Source: Chloroflexota bacterium
GTDB taxonomy: Bacteria; Chloroflexota; UBA4733
Assembly: GCA_023381555.1 (NCBI GenBank)
Contig: JAMCRV010000083.1
Coordinates: 1-51,791, forward strand
Length of the DNA stretch: 51,791 nucleotides
Direction: 5' to 3'
The translations under genes and the position numbers were made by a program. Under the pieces are notes generated by a model, which was given only the letters and a program-made list of their open reading frames with translations, searched no databases and was not told the origin of the DNA. Shown here in pieces: positions 1 through 8,367 of the stretch (position 1 is its first letter; each line of letters opens with the position of its first letter).

Positions 1-181
1 AGGGACGATTGTCAAGAACGTGCTGCCCATTCTCCTTGCGAGACACGAGACAGCCACGTTCGCGTGCCTCGCGAATGATACGCTCGGCAGCCGCGATAGC
101 TTCTCGGGCCTCCTCTGAATCTGTCGTGTTCCACTCCACCACCTGGTGGCCGAAGCGGTTGGCGATGATGATTCTGTGCAC
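1..181 (-). CDS. Small hypothetical protein, runs off the window edge (not in the ORF track)
   Basis: GTG at 181-179 preceded by AAAGGAG. The frame is open to base 1: MHRIIIANRFGHQVVEWNTTDSEEAREAIAAAERIIREARERGCLVSRKENGQHVLDNRP... Confidence 0.6.
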   Translation of the reverse strand, partial: MHRIIIANRFGHQVVEWNTTDSEEAREAIAAAERIIREARERGCLVSRKENGQHVLDNRP

Positions 182-415
182 CAAGAAACTCCTTTCAGCC
201 TTACTGAGGCAGTCTGGCGTCGGAACGGTTCAAGTCGAACAGTCCCGATCGGCTGAAACTGTGGTGCCTCTAGCATAAATCACGCCGGCCTGAAATGCAA
301 GTCGATCAACGAGTATAGCGGTCACTCGGTTACGTGATCCAGCGAGTTTCTCTGCTACTATTGCAACCGTGAGGAATTGCGGGGGCTCGCGCAGCCCAAC
401 GTGAGGAGGTGTCAG

Positions 416-946
416 ATGGTCACTCGCCAAGAGACGCAACTGCACCCATCTGCTTCCGCGGGCCTCGCTGCAAAGAGCGTGCTCGATGTACTCGACGCAC
501 GTGGAGTCACTCACCTCATCTGGCTTCCTGACAGTGAGTCTGCTGCGCTCTTTGTGGAAGTACAAACAGCTGGACGACCTACTCTCATACAAGTATGTCG
601 AGAGGGAGAAGCGTTTGGTGTGGCGGCTGGGCTCATTGCAGGGGGCAAGAAGCCGGTTGTTCTGATCCAAAGTACAGGTTTGTTCGAGTCGGGTGATTCC
701 TTGCGAGGTCTCGCTCTCTGGCTGCGGTTGCCGCTGCCTCTCCTCGTTGGATATCGTGGGTGGGATGCGTCGGGTCAGTCACGCGATAGCGCGGCCTGGT
801 TTCTCGAACCTGTGCTGACGGCGTGGAAGATTCCGTACCGGCTTGTTACCGGTGAAGAAGACCTAGATGCGCTGGACCAGGTAATGAGGGAGGCAAGTGC
901 CCAACACTGCACCTTAGCAGCCTTGATCACAACAGAATGGGTCTAG
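416..946 (+). CDS. TPP-dependent decarboxylase alpha subunit (sulfopyruvate/phosphonopyruvate decarboxylase ComD-like, N-terminal PYR domain only)
   Basis: ATG at 416 after GAGGAGGT. Motifs GVTHLIWLPDS, CREGEAFGVAAG, VLIQSTGLFESGDSL, LLVGYRG. Confidence 0.8.
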   Translation: MVTRQETQLHPSASAGLAAKSVLDVLDARGVTHLIWLPDSESAALFVEVQTAGRPTLIQVCREGEAFGVAAGLIAGGKKPVVLIQSTGLFESGDSLRGLALWLRLPLPLLVGYRGWDASGQSRDSAAWFLEPVLTAWKIPYRLVTGEEDLDALDQVMREASAQHCTLAALITTEWV

Positions 947-1035
947 CAAGGACCGCGGGCTGCCATCGCAAGTAGAGAGTCCAGTTCATCCGTCAGCGTT
1001 TTTGGGTGACTATAATCGTAGTGCTCCGTCGTGTA

Positions 1036-1072
1036 GGCGGGGGATGCTGCCGGGCAGCACCCCCCCCCCGCC
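1036..1072. terminator. GC-rich hairpin between convergent genes
   Basis: GGCGGGGG-A-TGCTGC / CGG loop / GCAGCA-C10-GCC. Confidence 0.5.
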
Positions 1073-1094
1073 ATTTTCGAGGTGAGTCTCGTCC

Positions 1095-3230
1095 TCACTC
1101 CTGTGTAAACGCGTTGGTAAAGTTCGTGGTGGGCAGTAGGCTCTGGTTGTGCACCCAATTCGGCTGGCTGGGGTCGTACTGGTTCAGGAAGGGGCTGCCT
1201 ACCGCCTCCTGGGCGAGGTCCGCTGGGAGGTTCTGCCCGGTGATGATCGCCTTGAGGTAGTCGGCGAGCAGGATGCCCTGCGTGCAGTTGCAGGTCGCAT
1301 CGTACATCATGATTCCCCGCTGCCAGCGCAGATAGATGAAATTGTTGTTGTGCGGATCGACCATGGGCTGGCTGGTCGGCACCCCCCACATCTCCAGGTC
1401 GATGCCCGGCAGGAGGCCAGCATCGCCGCCGTTGGGGAAGGCGGTCTGCGCCGAGACGGTATTGCTGAAGGTGGCATAGAAGTTGACGGGAGCGCCGTTG
1501 AAGCTGTTGGGGGCATTCTGCTGCACCCAGGCGAGGACGGCGGGCTGGTTGGTGGGTGCAGGAGCAGTCGCCACGAGGCTCGCATTGACGCCAGGGAAAG
1601 TGGAGAAGTTGAAGCTCGTGTAGTTGAGCAAGCCTGGATCGAGCAGGTTGAGCAAGCGGGCCTGACCACCGTGACTCAACTGGACGATGCGCCGCTGGAA
1701 GAACTGGACCGTGTAGCCCTGGAAGGTGAAGGTGCGACTGGTGGGGTAGCCGAACGTCGTGACGCCGCCGCGGCGCCGGAAGTAGTTCCAGATGGTGTTG
1801 TTGTCGATACGGTAGCCCGTCTGCGGAAAGTAGCGCGGGCCGAGCGGTACTAGGCCGATATTCACGGTTGGATTCTGGCCTGGTGTAAGCTCCAGTGCGC
1901 TCTCACCGGAGAAATTCGGTCCGGTCGTTACTACGGGGCGACCGGGTCGCGAGGCAGTGGCGACGACGGTGTAGAGCTGGCCGCTTGTGACATTAGAGAG
2001 TGTGATCGAGTAGTTGCCGTTGGCATCGGCTGTTGTGGTGCCGGCAGTGGGGGTGCCGGAGCAACTACTGCAGACGACGCTGACGCCCGCTCCTGCGGCT
2101 GCCCCCTCATTGGGATCACGGATGTAATTGCCATTCACGTCGTACCAGAGCGACCCGCTAATCGTGACACTGCCGGAGGTCGTTGGCGGCGTCATGGTGC
2201 CAATCGCTGTCAGATCGCCCGTATAACTCGTGATGCCTTGGCCACCGGTGTAGAGGGTCTGCGGATTATTGTTGTCCATTCCTACGGGCGCGTTCGGGTA
2301 GTTTCCGATAAGGGTGAAGGTGTTGCCGCCATTGGTGCTGCGGTAGAGACCGCCGCTGCCGCTGACCATGATCAGGTTGGCATTGGTCGGGCTCACGGCG
2401 ATGCTGGTCACAGTGCTACTGATATTGAGATTCGACCAGTTACCACCGGCGTTGGTCGTCTGGTAGAGGCTGGTCGTCGTGGGGCTGGTACCGACCGCGG
2501 CGTAGAACGTGCTGTTGGAGCCGGGCGTCACTGCCAGGCCAAAGACGCCGGTGCCACTAGGAAGGCCGGTGTTCATCTGCGTCCAGGTGTTACCGCCGTC
2601 AGTGCTCTTCCAGATACCGCCGTTGGTATTCGGGTTGGTGCCGGCATAGATAACCGAGGGATTCGTAGGATCGAGCACCAACGCCTGCACGTTGTTTGTG
2701 CCCATACCACTGAGCTGCGTGAAGGCCGTGCCGTTTGTGGACTTATACACCCCCATGTTGGTTCCAACATAGACGTTGTTGGCGTTGGTTTGGTCGATGG
2801 CCAGCGCCTGTACGCTGGCACTGCCGAGCCCACTTCCGGCGGCCGACCAGGAGCCACCACCATTGGTGCTGACGTAGAGCTGGCCCTGATTGGTAGAGAA
2901 GTTATAGCCACCGACATAGACTGTCTGCGGATTGGAGACGGAGACGGCCAGCGCGAAAACGCTCATCAGCGACGGTAGACCGCTGTTCATCTGCGTCCAG
3001 ATCGTGCCCTGATTTGTCGTCTTGTACACGTAGGGATTGCTCTGGCTGTTATTGCCGGCAGCGTAGACCGCATTATCGCCGGAAAGGTCGACAGCGATCT
3101 GGCTGAAGGTCTGGTTGGCCAGCGCGGTACTAAAGGCGTTCGGAGCAGCCATAGCCGGACTGGTTAGCGTAACAAATGGTATGAGGATGATGGCGGCCAT
3201 GAGGCCGAACCTTCGAAACATTCGTTGCAC
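1095..3230 (-). CDS. Secreted Asp-box/BNR beta-propeller protein with SdrD-B-like Ig domain and Chloroflexota-type C-terminal cell-surface domain
   Basis: Signal peptide ending SPAMA-A. Six (S/T)(T)NxG..W/F Asp-box-like repeats, GSLWYDVNGNYIRDPNEG, and RYFPQTGYRID...YFRRRGGVTTFGYPTS. RBS GAGGAGG before GTG. Confidence 0.75.
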   Translation of the reverse strand: MQRMFRRFGLMAAIILIPFVTLTSPAMAAPNAFSTALANQTFSQIAVDLSGDNAVYAAGNNSQSNPYVYKTTNQGTIWTQMNSGLPSLMSVFALAVSVSNPQTVYVGGYNFSTNQGQLYVSTNGGGSWSAAGSGLGSASVQALAIDQTNANNVYVGTNMGVYKSTNGTAFTQLSGMGTNNVQALVLDPTNPSVIYAGTNPNTNGGIWKSTDGGNTWTQMNTGLPSGTGVFGLAVTPGSNSTFYAAVGTSPTTTSLYQTTNAGGNWSNLNISSTVTSIAVSPTNANLIMVSGSGGLYRSTNGGNTFTLIGNYPNAPVGMDNNNPQTLYTGGQGITSYTGDLTAIGTMTPPTTSGSVTISGSLWYDVNGNYIRDPNEGAAAGAGVSVVCSSCSGTPTAGTTTADANGNYSITLSNVTSGQLYTVVATASRPGRPVVTTGPNFSGESALELTPGQNPTVNIGLVPLGPRYFPQTGYRIDNNTIWNYFRRRGGVTTFGYPTSRTFTFQGYTVQFFQRRIVQLSHGGQARLLNLLDPGLLNYTSFNFSTFPGVNASLVATAPAPTNQPAVLAWVQQNAPNSFNGAPVNFYATFSNTVSAQTAFPNGGDAGLLPGIDLEMWGVPTSQPMVDPHNNNFIYLRWQRGIMMYDATCNCTQGILLADYLKAIITGQNLPADLAQEAVGSPFLNQYDPSQPNWVHNQSLLPTTNFTNAFTQE

Positions 3231-3584
3231 GAATACTTTCCTCCTCTAGCTGCACTACCGTGGAACCGTTACCTGCTGTGTTCCACATGGTGGCAGCAGA
3301 CCCGCTGCCATTTGAGGCGTCTCATCCCTTCTAACGATGGGGCAAGCGAAACGGTACGGTAGCACAGGTTGTGCTTGAAAACGCGGACTGCGGCACGAGG
3401 TCGTTGGTCTACCACATCTCGCAGCTGAGGATCTTCTGATTTGCTCTTGTCAGGCGTGGACGGTAGAGAAGAGAGGGCGAAGTATGTGCACCGCTCAAGC
3501 GGATGACCGCTCATCCTGCCGTCGTCGAACACAGGCGGCCTGGCTGCACAGCTGCCTACGTCCCGCAGCAGTAGCCGTACGACT

Positions 3585-4739
3585 CTACCGGTGCTGGCTG
3601 GCGTGCGCCGGAGGCGCCAGTCGCTCGAGTTGGAATGGCGTGAGATCCCAGCTCGGAGACTGGTCACAGAGTATCTCTGTCATGAGCTGCCCAGTGAGCG
3701 GACCAAGAAGCACACCATTGCGGAAGTGCCCCGTTGCAACGATGAGGTTCTTGAATCCTGGTGCTCGCCCCATGGCCGGGTAACGGTCAGGCAGTGCCGG
3801 ACGCAGGCCCGCCCACATTTGGGCAACCGGAAGAGAGCCGAAGCGAGCCGAGATGTCCGTCGCTCCTGTCGCTAGCTGCAACAGAGCCGACAGTGTAGGT
3901 CGCCGGTCGAAGCCCGAGTGCTCTTCTGTGGAACCCACAATGATCTGGCCATCCGACTTAGGAGTGAGGTAGCATTCTCCCGACCACAGGATGTGCTGCG
4001 GCAGTGCTAGCAACCCGTCGAGGGCGACGATCTGCCCTTTGATTGGCTGCACCGGGAGATATAGACCTAGCATAGAGGCTAACCTGCCAGACCAGGCACC
4101 AGCGCTCAGTACGACAGTGCCAGCTGCGAAGGACCCCACTGCTGTGTTGACCTGCTCAATTCGATCTCCAGTGGCGACTACCTCAGTGACCGGTGTCCCC
4201 TCGAGCACGCGGGCACCGCGCTTCGACGCTGCTTCAGCAAGTGCCCGCACGAGCCTAGGGCTGCGCACCTGCGCCTCATCGGGCAAGTGTAAGGCCCCAG
4301 CGAGACGCCAGCTTGCTGCGCCCTTGAGGAGCGGCTCTACCTCGGCAACCTGAGGAGCGTCCAGCCACTCAGCACGTAACCCCCGGGTCTCTTGCCACTT
4401 TTGGCGCCCCCGCAGGTCGACGGCTTCTCGATCTTCCAGAGCCAGGCGCAACACTCCGGGTACGCGATATTCTACGTCGACGCCGATTTCAGAGCGCAGA
4501 GTCTCCGCGAGCTGGGCGTGAACTGCCCGGGCAGCGAGGGAAAACTCGAAGAGCTCATCGGGCTGGTGGGCCTCGACTTGGGAAGCGAGCATTCCGGCCG
4601 CCGCACCCGATGCGCCAGCGGCGATTATCTCTGCCTCCAGGAGAGTGACGCTCAAGCCGGCTCGTGCGCAGTAGTACGCAGTCGAGCAGCCGATGATGCC
4701 ACCGCCGATGATCAGCACGTCACTCGTATGCGATACCAT
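3585..4739 (-). CDS. thiO: Glycine oxidase ThiO
   Basis: DVLIIGGGIIG, GASGAAAGML, PIKGQ, WAGLRP, ATGHFRNGVLLGP. Directly downstream of thiG. Confidence 0.92.
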   Translation of the reverse strand: MVSHTSDVLIIGGGIIGCSTAYYCARAGLSVTLLEAEIIAAGASGAAAGMLASQVEAHQPDELFEFSLAARAVHAQLAETLRSEIGVDVEYRVPGVLRLALEDREAVDLRGRQKWQETRGLRAEWLDAPQVAEVEPLLKGAASWRLAGALHLPDEAQVRSPRLVRALAEAASKRGARVLEGTPVTEVVATGDRIEQVNTAVGSFAAGTVVLSAGAWSGRLASMLGLYLPVQPIKGQIVALDGLLALPQHILWSGECYLTPKSDGQIIVGSTEEHSGFDRRPTLSALLQLATGATDISARFGSLPVAQMWAGLRPALPDRYPAMGRAPGFKNLIVATGHFRNGVLLGPLTGQLMTEILCDQSPSWDLTPFQLERLAPPAHASQHR

Positions 4740-4741
4740 CG

Positions 4742-5800
4742 CTAGCTCCTTCCCGAAGAAATGGCGGCCTGATCGCGGCTCTGGAGTAGTGGAGACACCA
4801 CGCCATCCAGTGGGCTCGACGGCACGGCATGATCGAGGCGTGGCACCCGACCAGCGAGGAAGGCGAGCCGGCCTGCTTCCACGGCATAGCGCATCGCCAG
4901 GGCCATGCGCTCGGGATCACGGGCGCGCGAGATGGCTGTGTTGATAAGGCATGCTGCGGCACCCTGCTCCATCGCAATGGTGGCGTCAGAGGGAGTGCCA
5001 ATACCGGCGTCAACAACCACCGGACACTTCACTCGCTCAACGATGCGCCGGATGCTGCCAGCGTCCTCGACACCCCGTCCGGACCCGATCATGGCAGCCA
5101 TTGGCATCACGGCAGCCGCTCCGACATCTTCGAGACGTAGGGCTGTGACGAGGTCGAGACTCGTATACGGCAGAACAACGAAACCTTCCCTAACGAGGAT
5201 CTGGCAAGCTTCAACAGTGCCCGTTGGATCGGGCCAGAGCGAGCGCTCATCTCCGATGACCTCCAGCTTTATCCAGTTCGTCCCAGTGGCTTCTCTTGCT
5301 AGTTGGGCCATAAACACGGCCTGCCGGACTGTTGTGGCTCCGGCAGTGTTAGGAAGAAGGGAGTAGTGCTGCAGATCGAGCTCATCAAGCAGCCCACCGC
5401 TGGTGGTCTGTCCATCCAACCCAAGGGCCCGAATCGACACTGTGACGAGCTGTGTACCGGAGAGAATGAGGCTGTGACGGAGGATCTCCGGGGAGGGGAA
5501 GCGACCGGTGCCGAGAAAGATCCGGGAAGAGAACTCTCGGTCGGCGATACGTAAAGGATCTAGCACAGGCCCTTCTTGGGAGCCGCCGGAGACGGCGCGC
5601 ACAATGTCGACAGTATCGCCATCGGTCAGTGCTATGTCATCCCACCGCGCGCGCGTGATCACGGAGCCATTCACGGCGAGCGCTACCCTCGTGCTCTGCA
5701 GGCCTAGGTGTTCCAAGAGGCGGTCCAGGGTCGACTGCGGTGGCAACGTCACTGGCTGACGGTTGACAAGGACTATCACCGAATCACGTGATTCTGACAT
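4742..5800 (-). CDS. thiG: ThiS-ThiG fusion (sulfur carrier plus thiazole synthase)
   Basis: ATG at 5800 after GGGAGGAG. A 73-aa ThiS domain ends VDIVRAVSGG and continues in frame into ThiG (FSSRIFLGTG, LLPNTAG, WIKLEVIGD, PVVVDAGIG). Confidence 0.9.
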   Translation of the reverse strand: MSESRDSVIVLVNRQPVTLPPQSTLDRLLEHLGLQSTRVALAVNGSVITRARWDDIALTDGDTVDIVRAVSGGSQEGPVLDPLRIADREFSSRIFLGTGRFPSPEILRHSLILSGTQLVTVSIRALGLDGQTTSGGLLDELDLQHYSLLPNTAGATTVRQAVFMAQLAREATGTNWIKLEVIGDERSLWPDPTGTVEACQILVREGFVVLPYTSLDLVTALRLEDVGAAAVMPMAAMIGSGRGVEDAGSIRRIVERVKCPVVVDAGIGTPSDATIAMEQGAAACLINTAISRARDPERMALAMRYAVEAGRLAFLAGRVPRLDHAVPSSPLDGVVSPLLQSRDQAAISSGRS

Positions 5801-5859
5801 CTGCACATCTCCTCCCGATGCACGTGGGGCAAGAGACACGGTGAGGAGATCGGCACCTC

Positions 5860-5949
5860 ATCACGCATCCCTACGCCGGTATTACCCAGATCAAGTGAAA
5901 GGGGTTAGGCGGAACCGCCTTCTCAGCCGACAGGCACCCCCTGCGTGAT
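5860..5949 (-). ncRNA. TPP (thi-box) riboswitch
   Basis: Minus strand reads GGGGTGCC...CTGAGAA...CCC...TGATCTGGGTAATACCGGCGTAGGGA. P1 is formed by TCACGCA/TGCGTGA. Lies upstream of thiS-thiG-thiO. Confidence 0.95.
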
Positions 5950-6031
5950 CTTCTATTTGCTTCGATTATAGCGAATCGGAGCCCGGCTGGCTTGCCCACA
6001 TCTCTGCTATGCTCGTGCAGCACAAGAGCCT

Positions 6032-7132
6032 ATGGCGAGTCTGAGGAAGGATGAAGGTGTGGAACAACTTGGGTTGGGGCTCATCGGTACTGGCCGCATT
6101 GCTCACAGTCACCTAAGGGCGCTCGCAGACTACCTGCCAGCGCGAGTCAACAGTGTATTCGACGTGCTGCCGGATAGAGCCGAAGCGTTTGCACAACAGT
6201 TCAGCATTCCGTCGGTCAGCCCCAGTCTGGAGGATCTGCTCGCCCGCACCGACATTGATGCGGTGATCGTGGCTACCCCTCCGTTCGCTCATGCCCAGCC
6301 CACCATCGCTGCTCTCGAAGCCGGGAAGCACGTGCTCTGTGAGAAGCCGTTTTCTCTCAGCGTGCCGGAGGCTGAGCAGATGGTTGCTACCGCTGAGCGA
6401 ACCGGTAGATTCCTCGCTGTCTGCTCTGCTCGATACCGGCACGCCGATGGAGCGCGGCGTGCTCACGAGCTCGTCGCGGCCGGTGAGCTGGGAACGATCT
6501 ATCACGCTCGGTCGAGCGCATTCCGGCTACGCGGACGGCCGGGCATTGACATGTTCACCGACGCGACCTGGTTCATCGACAAGACCCGCGCTGGTGGGGG
6601 AGCACTCATTGACATTGGGGTCTACCAGATCGATCTGTTGCTCTGGATGCTGGGAAACCCTCACGTTACCAGTGTACTCGCGACGGGCTTTCAAGGCATT
6701 GGTGATCCTCCTCCTGCGGGGGTGGTTCAGACGGTTGAGGACCATGCCGTGGTGATGATACGCTGTGACAACGGCGCCAGCGCCGTTCTCGAGATCGCAT
6801 GGTCTTCGAACATTACGGATAATAACGCTTTTCTCGTCTTCGGTACGGAGGCAGGGCTGCGCCTCAATCCCTTGCGGAAGGTGACGGTAAGTCCGGACCG
6901 GAAGCCCGTAGAGGAACGTCTGTTGCCCGAGGAGGGTCCTGAATCCAGAGGATTCGGTCGCGTCACGACAGGCTTCGTGGACGACATATTGGCAGGCCGC
7001 CAGCCCTGGACATCTGGTCGGGATGCCCTCGAAGTGACACGTGTAATCGACGCTGCCTATCGTTCCATCGCCACTGGACGCGCCGTTGAGATCGCAAGCA
7101 TTCCAAGGTTAGCGGAGTCCCTCGAGCGCTAG
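6032..7132 (+). CDS. Gfo/Idh/MocA family NAD(P)-dependent oxidoreductase
   Basis: GLIGTGRIA, GKHVLCEKP, GGGALIDIGVYQID. Alternative start GTG at 6059. Confidence 0.9.
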   Translation: MASLRKDEGVEQLGLGLIGTGRIAHSHLRALADYLPARVNSVFDVLPDRAEAFAQQFSIPSVSPSLEDLLARTDIDAVIVATPPFAHAQPTIAALEAGKHVLCEKPFSLSVPEAEQMVATAERTGRFLAVCSARYRHADGARRAHELVAAGELGTIYHARSSAFRLRGRPGIDMFTDATWFIDKTRAGGGALIDIGVYQIDLLLWMLGNPHVTSVLATGFQGIGDPPPAGVVQTVEDHAVVMIRCDNGASAVLEIAWSSNITDNNAFLVFGTEAGLRLNPLRKVTVSPDRKPVEERLLPEEGPESRGFGRVTTGFVDDILAGRQPWTSGRDALEVTRVIDAAYRSIATGRAVEIASIPRLAESLER

Positions 7133-7218
7133 AGCTTTGCATGCGATGCGCACTCCGTCTGCATCGAGGCACAGAGGGGCGGCGTTGCTGACCCGGCTGC
7201 GCTATTCAGAGACGAGAA

Positions 7219-7248
7219 GAGCAGGGAGGCGAGGCTGCCTCCCTGCTC
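7219..7248. terminator. Perfect 12-bp hairpin between convergent oxidoreductase genes
   Basis: GAGCAGGGAGGC (7219-7230) / GAGGCT loop / GCCTCCCTGCTC (7237-7248). Confidence 0.65.
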
Positions 7249-7287
7249 CGGGCACCGGCGGCACGCCGGAGATCCGACGGCTCGTAT

Positions 7288-8259
7288 TTACATCATTGGA
7301 ACCATGACCGGCTGCCCCGTGGTCGCCGACTGGTTGGCAGCCAGCGTCACCAAGAGCGTCCGCGCAGCATCTTCATACGTGCAACGGACGAGGGACCTGT
7401 CTCCACTTTCCACGGCCCTGATGAAAGCCTGATCTTCGAGAAAATAGGGGTTTTCAGCCGAGCGTAGCTCAGTTGTCTTTCCGGGCTCAAGGATGCGCAG
7501 GTTGTTGCTGTGCTCTTCGATGATCAGGCCGGGGCACACGATGTGCAGGCCAACGGTATAGCCCATGCCCGCAAGGCAGCTCGTGGAGATGTTCCCAACG
7601 ACCCCTGAAGCGAATTCGACGTTCACGGTTCCCGTGTCCCAGACCGTGAAGTTCTCCACGTTGCCCATGGATCGCACGGCATAGCTCGCACTGACACGGG
7701 TGATCTCGCCGACGAGGTACCGAGCCAGGTCCACGATGTGAGTCGTCTGCTCGACGAACTGCCCACCCGAGCCATCGAGGCGGCGCCACCACGGCACTTG
7801 CGGGAAACCCCCGTGCCAGTACCCGTGGACAATGCCCACGGCCTTTCCTTCGAGGAGCCCACGGGCGCGGTCGGTCAGGGGGCTGTACCGCCAATGGTAC
7901 CCAGCTGCGGCGATTACTCCCGTCTGCCGGATCGCTGCAAGCACTTCTCTGGCCTTGGACTCGGTGATCGCCACGGGCTTCTCGACGAAGAGGGCGATGC
8001 CCTTCTTCGCTGCGAGAATTTCCTGGTCATCGTGAGCAAATGGAGGCAGGCATACGTAGAGTGCCTGTACCCCGCTGCGTTCGATGAGCTCCTGGTGATC
8101 GCCGTAGACGTGAGAGCCAAAGCGCTTCGCGACAGCCTCGGCGCGATCTCGAGCGATGTCGAAGACTGCGGTCACTCGCGCGTTGGCGATTCTCTCCAGA
8201 CCGTTCAGGTGTTGGTTCGCGATGCCTCCGGTCCCGATAAATCCCACCTCGACTGGCAT
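7288..8259 (-). CDS. Gfo/Idh/MocA family oxidoreductase
   Basis: MPVEVGFIGTGGIA, LFVEKP, SGGQFVEQTTHIVD. Confidence 0.9.
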   Translation of the reverse strand: MPVEVGFIGTGGIANQHLNGLERIANARVTAVFDIARDRAEAVAKRFGSHVYGDHQELIERSGVQALYVCLPPFAHDDQEILAAKKGIALFVEKPVAITESKAREVLAAIRQTGVIAAAGYHWRYSPLTDRARGLLEGKAVGIVHGYWHGGFPQVPWWRRLDGSGGQFVEQTTHIVDLARYLVGEITRVSASYAVRSMGNVENFTVWDTGTVNVEFASGVVGNISTSCLAGMGYTVGLHIVCPGLIIEEHSNNLRILEPGKTTELRSAENPYFLEDQAFIRAVESGDRSLVRCTYEDAARTLLVTLAANQSATTGQPVMVPMM

Positions 8260-8367
8260 AAATTCCTCTGGCCCTTCCACTTGAACGTTACGACAAGGCA
8301 GAGCGATTGTACTCTAGTGGCATCCGGAGACGCGACCACTGGTCTACTGCAATGCTGGGTCTCTTTC

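Noticed and set aside
2230-3030. Periodic repeats suggestive of CRISPR or a tandem array
   Set aside because: They are degenerate in-frame Asp-box protein repeats with no identical nucleotide repeats or spacers. No CRISPR array was seen in the window.
3279-3294. parS-like TGTTCCACATGGTGGC
   Set aside because: 11/16 match and the right half-site is not palindromic.
3355-3364. Partial match (TGCTACCGTA, reverse strand) to the island palindrome
   Set aside because: A 10-bp half match is plausible by chance in 52 kb.
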